Origin: Adineta vaga
Lineage: Eukaryota > Animalia > Rotifera
Length of the DNA: 64,000 bases
Assembly: GCA_021613535.1 (NCBI GenBank)
Contig: CP075494.1
Location: 8,432,001-8,496,000, forward strand
Reading direction: 5' to 3'
Of this stretch, positions 12,373-32,800 are shown in pieces. Each line of letters starts with the position of its first letter. Within the stretch, counting starts at the first letter, position 1. Both the position numbers and the translations under genes were made by a program. The notes under the pieces were generated by a model that worked only from the letters and a program-made list of their open reading frames with translations, did not search any database and was not told where the DNA came from.

Positions 12373-12637
12373 TGACTCAGACTATTTGATTGATGATTGA
12401 TCATAAGAGCAATAGTACAATTGTTTCGTACTGAATGCTGTGTCAATTGTTGAAATACCATGAAATTCTTCATTTTTTTGTGCCGACTGACTCATCACAC
12501 GCCCTTACTTGAATCACTGCATTGTAATCGTTTACTAACATGACGAAGGGATTCATTGAGAGCCTGTTTTTTTTCTGTTTTTGATGAGTCATATATAAGT
12601 TTTGGTTGTGTTCTCTTGCGCATTCTCCCTATATAAG
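12373..12637 (+). promoter_or_regulatory. alpha-tubulin upstream region with three AP-1 consensus sites and TATA-like boxes
   Basis: TGACTCA at 12373 and 12488, TGAGTCA at 12585, TATATAAG at ~12592 and ~12630. Confidence 0.4.
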
Positions 12638-12692
12638 TAGGTCACAAGTTATGATAAAAAGAATTTATTTTCATTAAAAAGCACAAAATAAG

Positions 12693-14466
<1,774 letters not shown>

Positions 14467-15087
14467 ATATTTCATTCTGTTTGACAGTTTTTTTTATATC
14501 AACTAATAATAACGAATATTTGTAAGATGTTTTCAATCAAAATGAAGAAAATTAATAAATATCAGTACAGTAATGATTAATATCAATGCAGATAAGATCT
14601 TTTCATTTCAATACCTTTTGATAAACAAATAACTTCAGACTATAGTATTGAATATGTTTGTTGATGTGGAACTTATGATATACAAACATTCATGTAACAT
14701 CTTTCAGTTATTTCATACGATTATGAATAAGATAAGAATGATATCAAGGCAAAATCATTCAATATTAATCAAAATATTTCATTACCATCAATCTATATTT
14801 AACTTCATTTCGATTGCTAATAGATGATTGAAATTTCGAAATGTGAAAATTTGTATTCTTATCAATATTTTGAGTCATTATCAATATCTAAATAGAACCA
14901 TTAGTACTTACGAAAGCTGCCAATGTTTGTCATTGGCTGATGCAATAACTACAATGACGTACGCCACTCTATTTATAAATGCTACTGATATTTTCAACGT
15001 TCTACAATCCATGTGCGATCGAAAGAGAATCGTTCTTTTCTTTTACTGTTTTTACAGTCCAAGCATTGTTGTTTATTTTTCAGATAG

Positions 15088-20353
<5,266 letters not shown>

Positions 20354-20853
20354 ATTGGATAGAGGAAGAAATTTGATGCGTATATATATCTCATCATTCA
20401 TATTCGGATGTTGATACTTGTTGATCAGATGTGCAACGAATTATTGTCAAGAATCAATAAGGAAAATAGAAATTTTGAAAATAATTGAAAAGTAGCATAT
20501 CACAATGTTATGTATTCTATTATCAAAAAATAAATTCGATCATCAGTAATAATCAATTCTTCGAATTCATTAGGTCCCTTTTGCTATACAATATTCTTTA
20601 TTTATGGATACGTGATCTACTTGTTTAAATTGTCACAATTAGATATTAAAAAAAAAGAAAACAAGAGAAGAACTTCCTGAAATCATCACTTATTTTACAC
20701 ATTGATAACAAGAGACTAAAAAGAGAAGCACATTATCTGAACAACAATTAAGAACAAGAAGAAAAATAAGCTACTGAGTGTTTATGATTAATCAGATATG
20801 AAATGACTAGATTTTGAAAACAATGAAGAAGCAATAAAAAACACAGATGTCAT

Positions 20854-23800
20854 CTATACATTTGGACTAAGAAAACTTGGTCCACGTTCGAAATTTACTA
20901 ATGACGATGGATTAGAATCATCATGTTGCTGAATATCTGTATCAGAAAAGATTGAACCTTCGCTGCTCATATGATTTTGTTCTTGAGTTGATTTGATTGA
21001 ATGATTATGCTTATCGGTTGATGTAGAAGATATACTTTCGAGATGATTACCATTGATTGAACCTGCCCATGAAGTTATAATGGCTTCTATTATGTAAAAT
21101 ACACAATTTATCTTGTTATAAAAACAAAACATATGATACTGACCTTCACCTACTGCTTTCATCATTGATAAATCAGAAGATTGATGTTCAATTCTGAAAA
21201 GATAAAACGAGTATATTCAGTGTTATCTATAGATTCGAATATGCAAAGACTTACGTTACAGGACTGTTTGTTAATAGTTGATTATTCTCAGTATTCATTT
21301 TGATCATTTCATTTGTATTTGTCATTGGAAATGTATTTGTTGAATTATTATTATCATGATGCATTAAAGATGTTGGAATTATTCGATGTGTTGATGATGG
21401 TGTATGTGGATGAGATTGTGATGTACAATGTAGACAATGATGACGATATTGACCATATGATGTACGTGACTGAGAACGATATTGTAATGTTGAAGATGAA
21501 TGATGATCTAGCCAGGGTGGTTGATATTGTACTGAAGTTGATGATACTGTTCTTTGTTGTTGAGAATCAAATAATTGATGAGGTGATGATATTGGTGTAT
21601 GAATTGTTTCCGACTAAAAAATACAAATGAATAAATAATCGTAAATTTCAAGAAAGATTATTTACATAAATCGGTGTTGTTTGTTGAAATATGCCTGTTG
21701 TTGCATATGGATTTAATTGTTGTTGTCGAGATTCATGTAACAAGGCATTGATTGGATTTTTATGTATACTCATGGAATAATGTTCGCTATTACTACTCGC
21801 TGATGCTGCAGTGGTCGAACAACATTGAAGACGAATACTATTTGGTATTGAATCCAACCATAAGGCAGGTACTGGTGGTGGTGGTAGTGGAGTATCTTTG
21901 ATTAAATCATAACGATTTCCATTACTTAATGTTTTATGAATAGGTAATTCAACTGATTGATTCGATGACGAGGGTGAATTATTAAATTTCATTGGATGAC
22001 GATGTTGTTGAGTTAAATAATGAAAACATAACCATATACCATAGGAAAATGCGCAAGTAAAACAAATACTGGAAAGAATAATAACTGGTAAAAACCATGG
22101 TTCAGATATGAATTGACGTAGACGATGTCTAAATCGACTTTGATTGATATGTAAAAATTTCGTGTCTAAAATAAAACATTAAAAGATTTTTTCAATCAGT
22201 AAAATCATTGTTCTTACTCATTGTAACACAAATCGGTTGAGAATAGCGTCCATAACCTATTCGTGTTCGTGCAGCGATACTAATACAATATTCGGCATTT
22301 TCAATGAGACTTTTAATGAATAATCCTTTGACATCTGAACTAATATTTGTTAAACGTATTGAATTTGTTTCATTTGTAGTTAAACAATGAATCTTATAGG
22401 CAATAATATCTCCGTTGGTTTCATTTTCTAATGGTGGATTCCATCGAACAGAAAGACTAGTTATCGATAATAATTGAACATGAATATTTGTTGGTGCTGT
22501 TAGAGGAGTACTTTCTAATGTTCTTGTAGTAATAGTATTACTTGAGCGACCTGGTAGATCCATCATTGGTACTACGTAAATAGAATAATCTCGATTTGGT
22601 CGAAGATTATTGATGGTATAACTTGTAACAGAATTTGTGATTGTTTCAATACGTTCATTTGCTTCTTTGTCATTAATAATATAAATAGAAATTCGTTTGA
22701 TTAAATGATTTTTTTGTAGAATATTCCATTTTATTGTCATACTTGTTTCTTGAATAGTAATTGGATCATATAAATAGATTAAATCATCATTTGATGATTG
22801 ATTCGTTCGTGTTTCGATCAATTCTGATAAGATCGATGGTGGACCATAACCAAATGAATTTCGTGCACGAATAAGAAATTGATACGTTGTATTTGATTTC
22901 AGATTATTGATCATTTGTTGAGTGTTCGAAGTTTTTGTGATATAACGTTCCCATTGAAGATTTTTATTCATTGGATTAAGATCAAAATATTCAATAAGAT
23001 AATCCAGAATATCTGTTGATCGAATATTCCAAGACAATTCAATTGAATTACTATTTATTGTCATAGGTAATGGTTGTGATGGAGCTGATGGAAGATGTTT
23101 TCGTTCAATACGATCCAATTTCGTATCTGAACGTGTAACTTCAACAGTTAAAGTAGCAGTCCATACAGTTTCTTCGTGATTTGTATTTGTTGAAATACAT
23201 TTATACACGCCAGCATCATTTCTGAAAGGCATTTATTAAATATTAATAGAGAACAAAATATCTTTTATTTACTTTTCTGAATGTCGAATAATTAAGTCAT
23301 AATTGATTTCAATACGATATTTTCGATTCTCTTCAATTCGAATTGTTTTATGTGGACGATAAGATGATGTAAACCACCATTGAACAGTATTTTCATCATT
23401 TGATTGACATGAAAATATCACTTGAGTACCAAGCGGTACAGTTTGATTATTTGGAACATAGAAAACAATCGGTGGTGGTTTGATTTTTTCGACATTTAAT
23501 TCAACTAAACCTTGACTTTGATGATCATTATTTTGATACGAACATCGAAATAACATATGATGATAAAATTCTCGAATAGAATCAATCCGAAAACTATATT
23601 GAGTTTGATCAATAAAATCAAATGTAAAATTATTCAATTCAGTTTGATTATTAATTATCCAGGAGATTTTCTTTTCCGAATTAAATGGTAATGGACATTC
23701 AATAACTGCTGATCGTCCAGCATAAAGTGTTAGATTTGTTTGACTATAGAAAATTTCTTGATTATTCAACGTGTCTTTTTCATATACAGCAAGAAAAATT

Positions 23801-24745
23801 TGTTTAGTAAAAACATGTTGTTGTAAACGAGCCATACAAATATAAATGCCACTTCGATTGAATTCAATTGATGAAAGATCAAGAGTAGAATTTCGAATTA
23901 TCGTAGTTCGAAAATGCCATTCAAGTTCATATTGATCATTATCTGTTTGACATTGTAAATGAATGGATTGTCTAGCACGTAGATCAACGCGTGATGATGA
24001 TGGTTGAATAGTTAATTTTGGTCGATGAAATTCAGTTAAATACGCTGGAGATGATTGACGAATAAGACCATTCGATGCAATACAACGATAAGAACCAAAA
24101 TCAGATCGTTGTACTGATGACAAAACAAGATCATAACGATCAAGAGGGATTGATAAATTTTTGTTATCTTTTGACCAATATACTTTTGGACTTGGTGAAC
24201 CATACGGTGGCTGACAAGATAAACGAACTTGTTCACCAATTGAAACACTTGTTGACAAAGGTGAAATAATAAATTCTTTCTCAAGTTCTACAAAACATAT
24301 TTTCATTAGAAAACGTTTTTTTTTTTGTATTAAGTTTAAACATACTTAAAAATTGTATTCGTGCTTTTCGACTTTCTGTTTGTCCATGAGAATTCTTTGC
24401 AATACAATAATAAATACCTGCATCTTGTGGCATGGTATTAATTACATGTAATGCCATAAATTCTGTAATAATTCGTGCATTTGGATCAATTGTTACTAAT
24501 CGACCATCTTTATACCAATCAATTTGAAGATCATCTAATGTAGATGATTCTGCACGACAATGAATGGCCATGGGTTTATCTAATTCTGCAGTTATATCTT
24601 GAGGTTGTTCGATAATAACCGGAGGATTGTTATTACTTTGACATAAATCTAATATATACATCGATTTTTAATAAAAAAAAAAGAACTTTCTCTTGTAAAT
24701 CTACTTACGAAATAAGAATAAAACGAAAAGAAATTGAATCATCAT
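20854..24745 (-). CDS. robo: Roundabout (Robo)-family receptor: signal peptide, ~5 Ig, 3 FN3, TM, cytoplasmic tail
   Basis: MMIQFLFVLFLFHLCQS signal; Ig1 PPVIIEQPQD..WYKDG..DAGIYYC; Ig5 PPPIVFYVPNNQTV; FN3 YQFLIRARNSFGYGPPS; EPWFLPVIIL TM; CC1-like PYATT motif. Confidence 0.88.
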
Positions 24746-25654
24746 GCTTGAATAATACTAATCATCAATCTGAAAGTAAAAATAGACTAGAAAAAAAGAG
24801 AATGTTTTTTTATCTTCTCATTAAATTGATCCTAAGTATCAACTATCGATGACCACTGTCCAAAGCAAAAAAAAACGATTAATAATCGCTAATTTATTCT
24901 GCGACTGGTGCCGCGACGACGAAGACAGATGGAATGCCGACAAGAAATATTTGAGACTGTTGCCCCAGTCTTCTTTGTCTTGCAGACAATGATGATGAAA
25001 AGACTAATATAAATGAACGATGCAATGATGATATTTGTCTCGCATACTCATCTCATCGAACTTCGACTCGTTTGTCAACAGAAGAAGAAGAAGAGGAAGA
25101 TTACACAATCATATGAGAAAAAGAGAAAGATAGAGACGACAGACAACGAACTATATGAATCACAGTCACGGACATCGATCCAGCGTCATCGCTTGTCCAT
25201 CTTACTTGCAATTAACATTTTTTCTATTAGACACGTACATCATCACGACGTGATATATGTAAATGACACTTGCCAAACACTTTAGATCACAGTTTAATGA
25301 ACAATTCAAGTGGTTTTCTCTTCTTCTTTTTTTAATGTTAGAAAAAAAGAAAAAAAATATTGATGCTTGATTATAAAACGCATTAATGTGGAAGATTTTT
25401 TCTTATCTGAATAATTATTTTATACTTCAACTCACTTGTCGGCATGCGACTAAATTAGTAACGATCAATACACACATTTTAGACGAAATCTATACCGGTA
25501 ATTATTGTTTCTTCTTAGTACATCATTCATAGAATTGATTAGGACGGAAAAAGAAAGTTTCGACATAACACATATACACACACAATGATCTTGTTAATGA
25601 AGTTATACAGAACTGTCCATGAATTTTGAAAGAACATATGTTTGTATTTAGAAT

Positions 25655-25678
25655 TCAATCAATCAATCAATCAATCAA
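25655..25678. repeat. (TCAA)6 microsatellite
   Basis: Read directly from the sequence. Confidence 0.85.
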
Positions 25679-27024
25679 AAAAGAAAAGAAAATAACTAGA
25701 CAGAGCAAGGTAAATGTACAATAAAATAATCTGTTTGTTAGAAAGAAAATGTTGAACAGACAAAGACTAACTCGTTCTTATTCAATGATGACATGATTTA
25801 TGAGACAACACACTAGTAACAATCAAATGCATGAGACCAAAAAACAATTAGAGAACAGTCGAGTGAGATAGAAAGAAGAGGGAAAAAATGGATGGATTAT
25901 GAATAGAAAGAACAAATGTGTTAAGCCGATATAACCATTTTTACTTGACACAGATGACAAAGTGACCATTACGATTTGTAATAGGATTGAGAAGAAAGAA
26001 AACGAACAATAGCTGATATTCTCTTGTATGACAGATTAAAATGTGAAATTCATTCAATGTTTTATCTCGATAATGTATTTAACTTCATACTCAAATATCT
26101 CTTCATTTTCTCTCTCTCTCTCCCTCTCTCCATTCAAATTGAAGGTTAAAGGAGCATATTTCAAGAGTTGAAAAGAGATTGCGTATGTAATTGTACTTAT
26201 CAATATCTATATACTTTTATAATGTATATTTGTCAAGTAATACTAAAGAACTCAAATCATATCGTGTAATGAAACAGAAAATATCAAAAAAAGTTTCATC
26301 ACTGATGATGTCATACGAGAAAAGTTCTGTCAGTGTGTATAGACATATAATGATGAAGTTTTGTCAATGTTCATAATCTTCTTGTCGATTTATGCAATAG
26401 ACATAAATGATGTTTACATTAAATCATATCAGATATATGAAGGTTATCAGAGAAAAAAAGAAACAGCAGTCATTATCGTTAATACGATTTGCTTTCCAGC
26501 TGCTCTGTTTTGATACAATATATAAATATATCAATTAAATTAAGACAAGAGAGAAGAAAAATCGATGATTTCCGTCGAGATGTCAAAATACAATTTTATT
26601 CAATCGGAAATGAAAATATTTTCCTATGCATATTTAATCGATCATTTGTAATCGAATTATTTAACTTACGTGTGTATACATACGTAGGACAATTGTTCGT
26701 CGATGAAAAGTAAGAAGAAGAAAAAATGGGGTATATGTCTGGCATCGAGACGTTCATTTACTCTGGTTCATGTCATTGTCGACATGCTCTGAACGATAAG
26801 AACATTGACGAACAAAATGAATGCTCATAAAAAAAGAAGATTTTTTTGTTCACATATATAAAAAAAAGGAGAGAAGAGGGAGAGAAAGAAACGATACGAA
26901 GGGAAAAAGGAAGGAGATCGTTGCGTAAGAAAGAACTACCGCATACTGTCAAAGTGATTAATCTTCATTGCTTCCTGGCACACTCTATGTCGACATACAA
27001 AAGAAGCTAAATGAAGGAAGTTAA

Positions 27025-27048
27025 AGAGAGAGAGAGAGAGATAGAGAG
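27025..27048. repeat. Imperfect (AG)n microsatellite
   Basis: Read directly; similar runs at ~26110, ~37314, ~52976 and ~57255. Confidence 0.8.
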
Positions 27049-28101
27049 AAGAATAGGGCGTATCATATATTAATATTTATGTATCTTTTCTTGAGGTTAG
27101 TCAACCTTGATTCATTTCAATTAAACGATGAAATGTTCCCATAGGAATTTAATATTTATTTATCAGGGGTTAAAAGACAACACAACAAAGGCATCGTCTT
27201 CTGATTACACGTACTAACCTTGCATAGGTGTCATTTGACAATAGAATTAATCGAAAGACTATCGAACGGATGCATCATTCCCAAGACAATTATGTTTCTG
27301 AAGAACAAAGCATAGGAAACGGAAATAGATATTTATGAATATGTAAGAAAGATATTCTCAAGGATTTAACAAGAGAAGTTGTCTTTCAAAAGAAATCCAT
27401 TCCTAGCAATCAAATAAGGACAACGATGTTGTCTATAATTGACCCAGTTAAACAGACAGTTTAATAAAAGAAAAGAGAAGAAAAAGTTGAACGAGATTAA
27501 TGTGCGTGACAAGTTCTTCTTTCTTATTATTTCTCCGAACGATGATGACAATGTGCTAGACCAATTAAACAATCAAGAACTGAATGTAAAATAAAAGTCA
27601 CTCTGGTCATATCCTGTTTGTCTATTTTTTTCATTGGATGTTATATATAAACTTTATCTTACTGTATATTGTCGATGGACTATCGTGCACAATTTTAGAA
27701 CATCCTTGAATAGTCAAGACGGATGAAAAATAATGAGATGTTTGCAATTGGGAACTGTCTATGTCTGCATTTGCCTTCAATCATAAATTGAACTTGCTTA
27801 AGGCTAGTTGCATTAAATGATGTATGGACGTTACTACCGCTTTCGCCGACGATAGAAACGATAATGATTTTGATTGTATTTTGACTGTATGAGAAAAAAT
27901 TCCATATGAACTAAGAAAAGAGACAGAATGATGATGTGTGACTAATAGAGTTAGAACGAGAGAGGAAAATTCAATTGACACTTGCTTCTCGATGATCGAA
28001 TGATAGTAGAGTCTCTATCATAAATCATTATTGTTACTTTCGTTTTTTGTTTCTCTCTCATGTATATTCTTCAACAGATCCAAGAGCCAATTTCATTAAC
28101 T

Positions 28102-28145
28102 ATCATCGTCATCATCATCATCTTCTTCTTCTTCTTCTTCTTCTT
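28102..28145. repeat. (TCA)n-(TCT)n compound trinucleotide repeat
   Basis: Read directly from the sequence. Confidence 0.75.
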
Positions 28146-28327
28146 TTAGTTCATACTAAAAGGTTAATGTTGTAACTAGCATGTGCTATCTAATGCAATG
28201 CAGAACATTAACAGTATAATGTATACTGTTTCCTTTTTTGTATAATGAAGAAAAATGTCGGTTGTCAGTATGATATGAGTTAATCGCTATGCGATGATGA
28301 AGACACAGATCATTTCAAGCTTAGAAT

Positions 28328-28967
28328 ATGTATCGGCAGGAAGTTCTTGTTCTCCTTATTTTATGTCTTGTTTCTATTCAAGCAAATCCTGATCGAGGAT
28401 TAGTATGCATACGTAATTTGAAAATTAACGGTACAAATTTAATAACTGATTATCGTAAACAAATACTTGTTTTGGGTGTTACCCATCTTGGATGTCAAGC
28501 TTGTCGAAATCAAGCTATCAGGTAGAATATTGGATGTTTTATATTTCTTCTATAAGATTATCTAAAATAGATACAATGATCTGTATCGTGATCTTGAACA
28601 TCATAATATACGTGAACCAGATGTACGTTTAGTACTTGTTAATGAAGAAACAGCTACACAATACTTACCTGGAATGAATTATGGTAAAATTCGACTATTT
28701 CAAGACAGTTATAGAGATCTTGCCATTGACAAATTAGGTTATTATGGTCAACGATTAAATAATCTTATATTCGGAAGGTGAAAAAATGATTTCCTTATAT
28801 AGTTATATAATTATAATAAAGATTTCCTATTTAGATGTGGTTATCTAGTTTATTCTCAAACCTATCCGCAATCAAATCTTGAAGAGGAAACAAATTATCA
28901 ACAACTTCTTCGAATTATTATTGCAGTTGCTAAATATAAACAACCTTGTCCAACAATGTGTAGTTGA
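28328..28967 (+). CDS. Secreted selenoprotein-P N-terminal (thioredoxin-like) domain homologue, Cys form (CQAC), 3 exons
   Basis: Spliced: signal peptide...ILVLGVTHLGCQACRNQAIR|YNDL...VRLVLVNE...IRLFQD...NLIFGR|CGYLVYSQTYP...YKQPCPTMCS*, colinear with SelP VVALLQASUYLC..QA, IVVN, FLIYDRCGRLVY, CGNC. Confidence 0.75.
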
Positions 28968-29855
28968 ACTGAATTCTTTTTTTTCCTTTTTGCTCTCTTT
29001 CTCTCTCTCATATATTAATAGCGTAGTTAAAATAGCATTTGTTTGATCAATAAATATGAAATATTTATGTAGTAGAATGAATGATTTCTTGATATTCTTT
29101 GCTATCTAATATTAAGTCATTTGTTTTGCTTCTTCAATAAGTATGATAGATAAGATAAAGGTTGTTTTTCCGATCTTGATGGAAAGGAAAGATATATCAT
29201 AGTTCGATCATACATGTATGGAAATGATCTTTGACTTCTATGAATACATCCTTTGGAAAATCAGTATGTTTCCTGACTGTATGAAATGTGATAACAAATA
29301 CATATATTTTTATTTAATTGTAGTGTTGCTCACGCTATTCTAAATAATGTGTACATATGTTTATTATGCCAAAGATGATTTATGTGTGTGTGTGTGTGAG
29401 TCTAAACTTATGCGCACTATTATTATAAGAAAACGAACGAGAAAGAAAAAAAACTGAATGAGGTCAACTCACAAAACCAGCAGAAACAAAAGAAAAAGCA
29501 AAAGAAGATTATCAATACAAGGACAAAAAGCAATCGAAGTTTCTTCGATGGAAACAGAAGAAGCCAGACAAACGAGAGAAAAAAAAACGTGGAGAAAAAG
29601 AAAAAATCAATACAATTATCTTTTTCTTTTTTCAATCAAACCTTCTTTTGCTACATTTGAGATCAATAGATGCAATAAGAATAAACACACACACAACAAT
29701 GAAAGCTGAGAGCTACACACAGAAGCAAAAAATGCGGGTATTATATACGAATGAGTATCTCGAGAGGAGAAGAAGAAGAAGAAGAAAAAGAATTGTCTAC
29801 AAAAAAAAAGAACAACACGACAACACTAGATGATAATGAGCAAATTTTTCATGGT

Positions 29856-32800
29856 TTATTTGTCAGCTTTATCTTTGCTAGCTGATTCTTTCTTTTCCTT
29901 ACGTTTTCGAAGAAATGATGGTGTACGAAATTTCGATTTCTTTTCTTTCTTTGTTGAATCATCGCCAGTTTTACTACCACTTGTACGATTTGGTGAAGCC
30001 TAAATCAATAAGATTAATAAAATATCTATTCGAACGCAAAAATAAATCATGCTATCAATAGGTAGCCAGCGTCCCCTTAGGAAGCAAGAAGAAATCAGGG
30101 TAATCACAATATACTGACCAAACTTTGAGCTCGTACTACTGGTGATAAAACAGCTGGATGCTGTAGAGAAAAATATTGCTCAAGTATATCTTTCTACATA
30201 TTGAAGAAAAAACGATCAACATAGAATCAAACATACTTCTCGACTTGATGCAGCTGATGAGGATGTTGTTGATTTGATAGTATCCGATTTACTTGTTACT
30301 TCTAGAAGTATTCAAGGAAAAAAATGCATGAATATGTAAAGAAAATAAGTTCATAAAGATCTATATCAATTCATACTTGCAGCAGCACTCGCACTGCGTG
30401 AAACGGTTGCACGACTTTCACTCTCACCATCATTACCTTTGAAAGACATGCACATGCTTAATTCATGCATATTTATCATTAAAATTACATACTCTGTCCT
30501 GATAAAGTACGAGGTAATGTGACATTTTTATCCGGAGTTGTCAAACTATGACCACCTGTACTTGTTGTCAATGGTGATCGACCTAAAAATTGAATTGTTA
30601 TTTATATGATATATTTCGATCAAATAAAGGCGCGTGTTTCTCTTGCTCCCTCTCTCTCCATCTGTTTGTAAAGATAGATATACGGATTGAAAAGAAATTG
30701 TGTATAGAAAAGAAAATGATAGAAATAAAAAGTATAGTACAAAAAAGAAAACACGAGATCACAACGATTAATAGCGAATTTCATCGTTTTCGTTGATGGA
30801 TTGAAGTATTTCATGTGTTTCCTGAAACAGTTCGAGCCGATGGAAATGTATTGGCAATTAACATAGCAGAACTGAGACTTGATGATGATGGACTACGATC
30901 AGCAGATTTCGTTGAAAAATTGGAACGTTTCTTCTGTTCTTGTTCATTGTATTCATAGAATTCACGTCTTGTAAGTCCATTTTGAACATTATAATAATTT
31001 CCAGGCGATCTTGATCGATCTCGAACAAGATTTTCATTCGATACTTGTGTTCTTCGGTCGACTAAATGTGATGATGAAGATGATCTTCTCGTTTTCTCTT
31101 CACTTTCTTGAACAAGTCGTTCCGCATGAGTACGTGCCATTTTTTGACATAAATAATTAAAATATTCATTTCTAGATGAAAATTTCAACATTTGACGAAC
31201 AGTATGGGATGTTAATTCAACTTGTTTTGTCGTTAAATATTGTGCAAGATTTTCATAACAAATCTCTTCGCCATGTTGACGTATAAAAACCGGCGCATCT
31301 CGAAGTGTTGCATCTCGAAATGATTGTGGAGTAATTAGTTGTGGTTGTGTTTGTTGAACAGAATTAGAATTGATATTCACCGTCGAGTCAGATTCAGATG
31401 CATATTGAACATAAAAGCGTGTTGTACGATTCGAATTTGATTTCGAATCGTTATCAGGTATAATAATTATACGTGGTCTTCGATGTTCAGATGCTTGTTT
31501 ATGTGTAGAATTAGTTTTCACTGTATTTTTTGTATCAGTTTGATTATCTTTTCTATAAAATATTTGTTGATCATCCATTACTGATGATAAACTATTAGCT
31601 GATTTTGAATGTTGTAATAATGGTAGATTTGAAGAGATACGTGATGGACGTATTGGTGGTTTTAAAATTTGATTCTGTGGAGATGAATCAGAATCAACAG
31701 AACGATCGATTGATTCTTTCGATATTTCAATTGATGTTTTACCCACTGTTATTAATAATCCACCAGATTGATTCGATTGAACTTTTCCTATACGATGTAT
31801 TAAACGTGCAATAATCGTACCCGTACGTTGCGGTGATGTATTAATTGCTTCTATTGAACTAACAGCATCAATTCGAGGTATGACGATTTCATTTGTACCT
31901 AATTTGATAACTAAACGACCAATTTGATCTTGATAGATTGTACCAGCACGATGAACATAATTTGCAAGCATTAATAATGGATCAATAGTATAACCATTGG
32001 TTTCATCAGGTTGCTGAATATCTAATGTTGTTGTTGATGATGATTTTTGTATTAAACGTAAAGATGTATTAAATGGAAAAAGTAATTCTAATTGACGATC
32101 AGTATTTTCAGTTGTTGAAGAAGTTAATGGTAAATGATAGATTTTATTTCTATATGTTAATTGTATGACACCTTCTGATGATGTATTGATTTGACTGGAA
32201 TGATCTAATAACCATTGGGATAATTGTTGACTAGTAAAGGGAAGAATATCATCATTAGGTGAATGAAAAATTTTAATATTCAAAATTGAACGTAGAAGAT
32301 CAGTAGGAATTGTTAAGATTTGATTCGTACATTGAATTCGAACTAATTTCAATCGTTTATTACAAGTAATAAAACCATGATTATACATATATTCAATCGT
32401 CGTATGATATCGAGGAAGTATCTCATTTGAAGTTTCATGTGAAAGCTTGATACATTGATCATTATAAAATAAAAGCCATTGATTGAATTCATTCTGTTTC
32501 AATTGACTATGTTTTTTCAAGATATATTTCATATCTTGTCGTCGATACTTATTCTCTTGAATAAATTGCGTATGTTCAGGAGTTAAATATAATTTTAAGC
32601 CGTCAAATGGATTTTCTAAGACTAATAAATTATTTGTATTATCATATTGAATACCATTTTCATCATTTACATATTCAACAAAATTATCGATAAGATTTTC
32701 ATGAATTGATTCTGTCGTATTCTGTGAATGATTTTCATTCATTTGATTAGATGAAAGTATTTCATGATCAACAGAAAAGTATTTTTCTTTCGGTGTATTG

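Noticed and set aside
28965-29150. Terminal TGA of the SelP-like gene read as selenocysteine, giving a hydrophobic extension
   Set aside because: The extension merely reflects a T-rich UTR, and the nearby hairpin lacks the SECIS ATGA..AA..GA arrangement.
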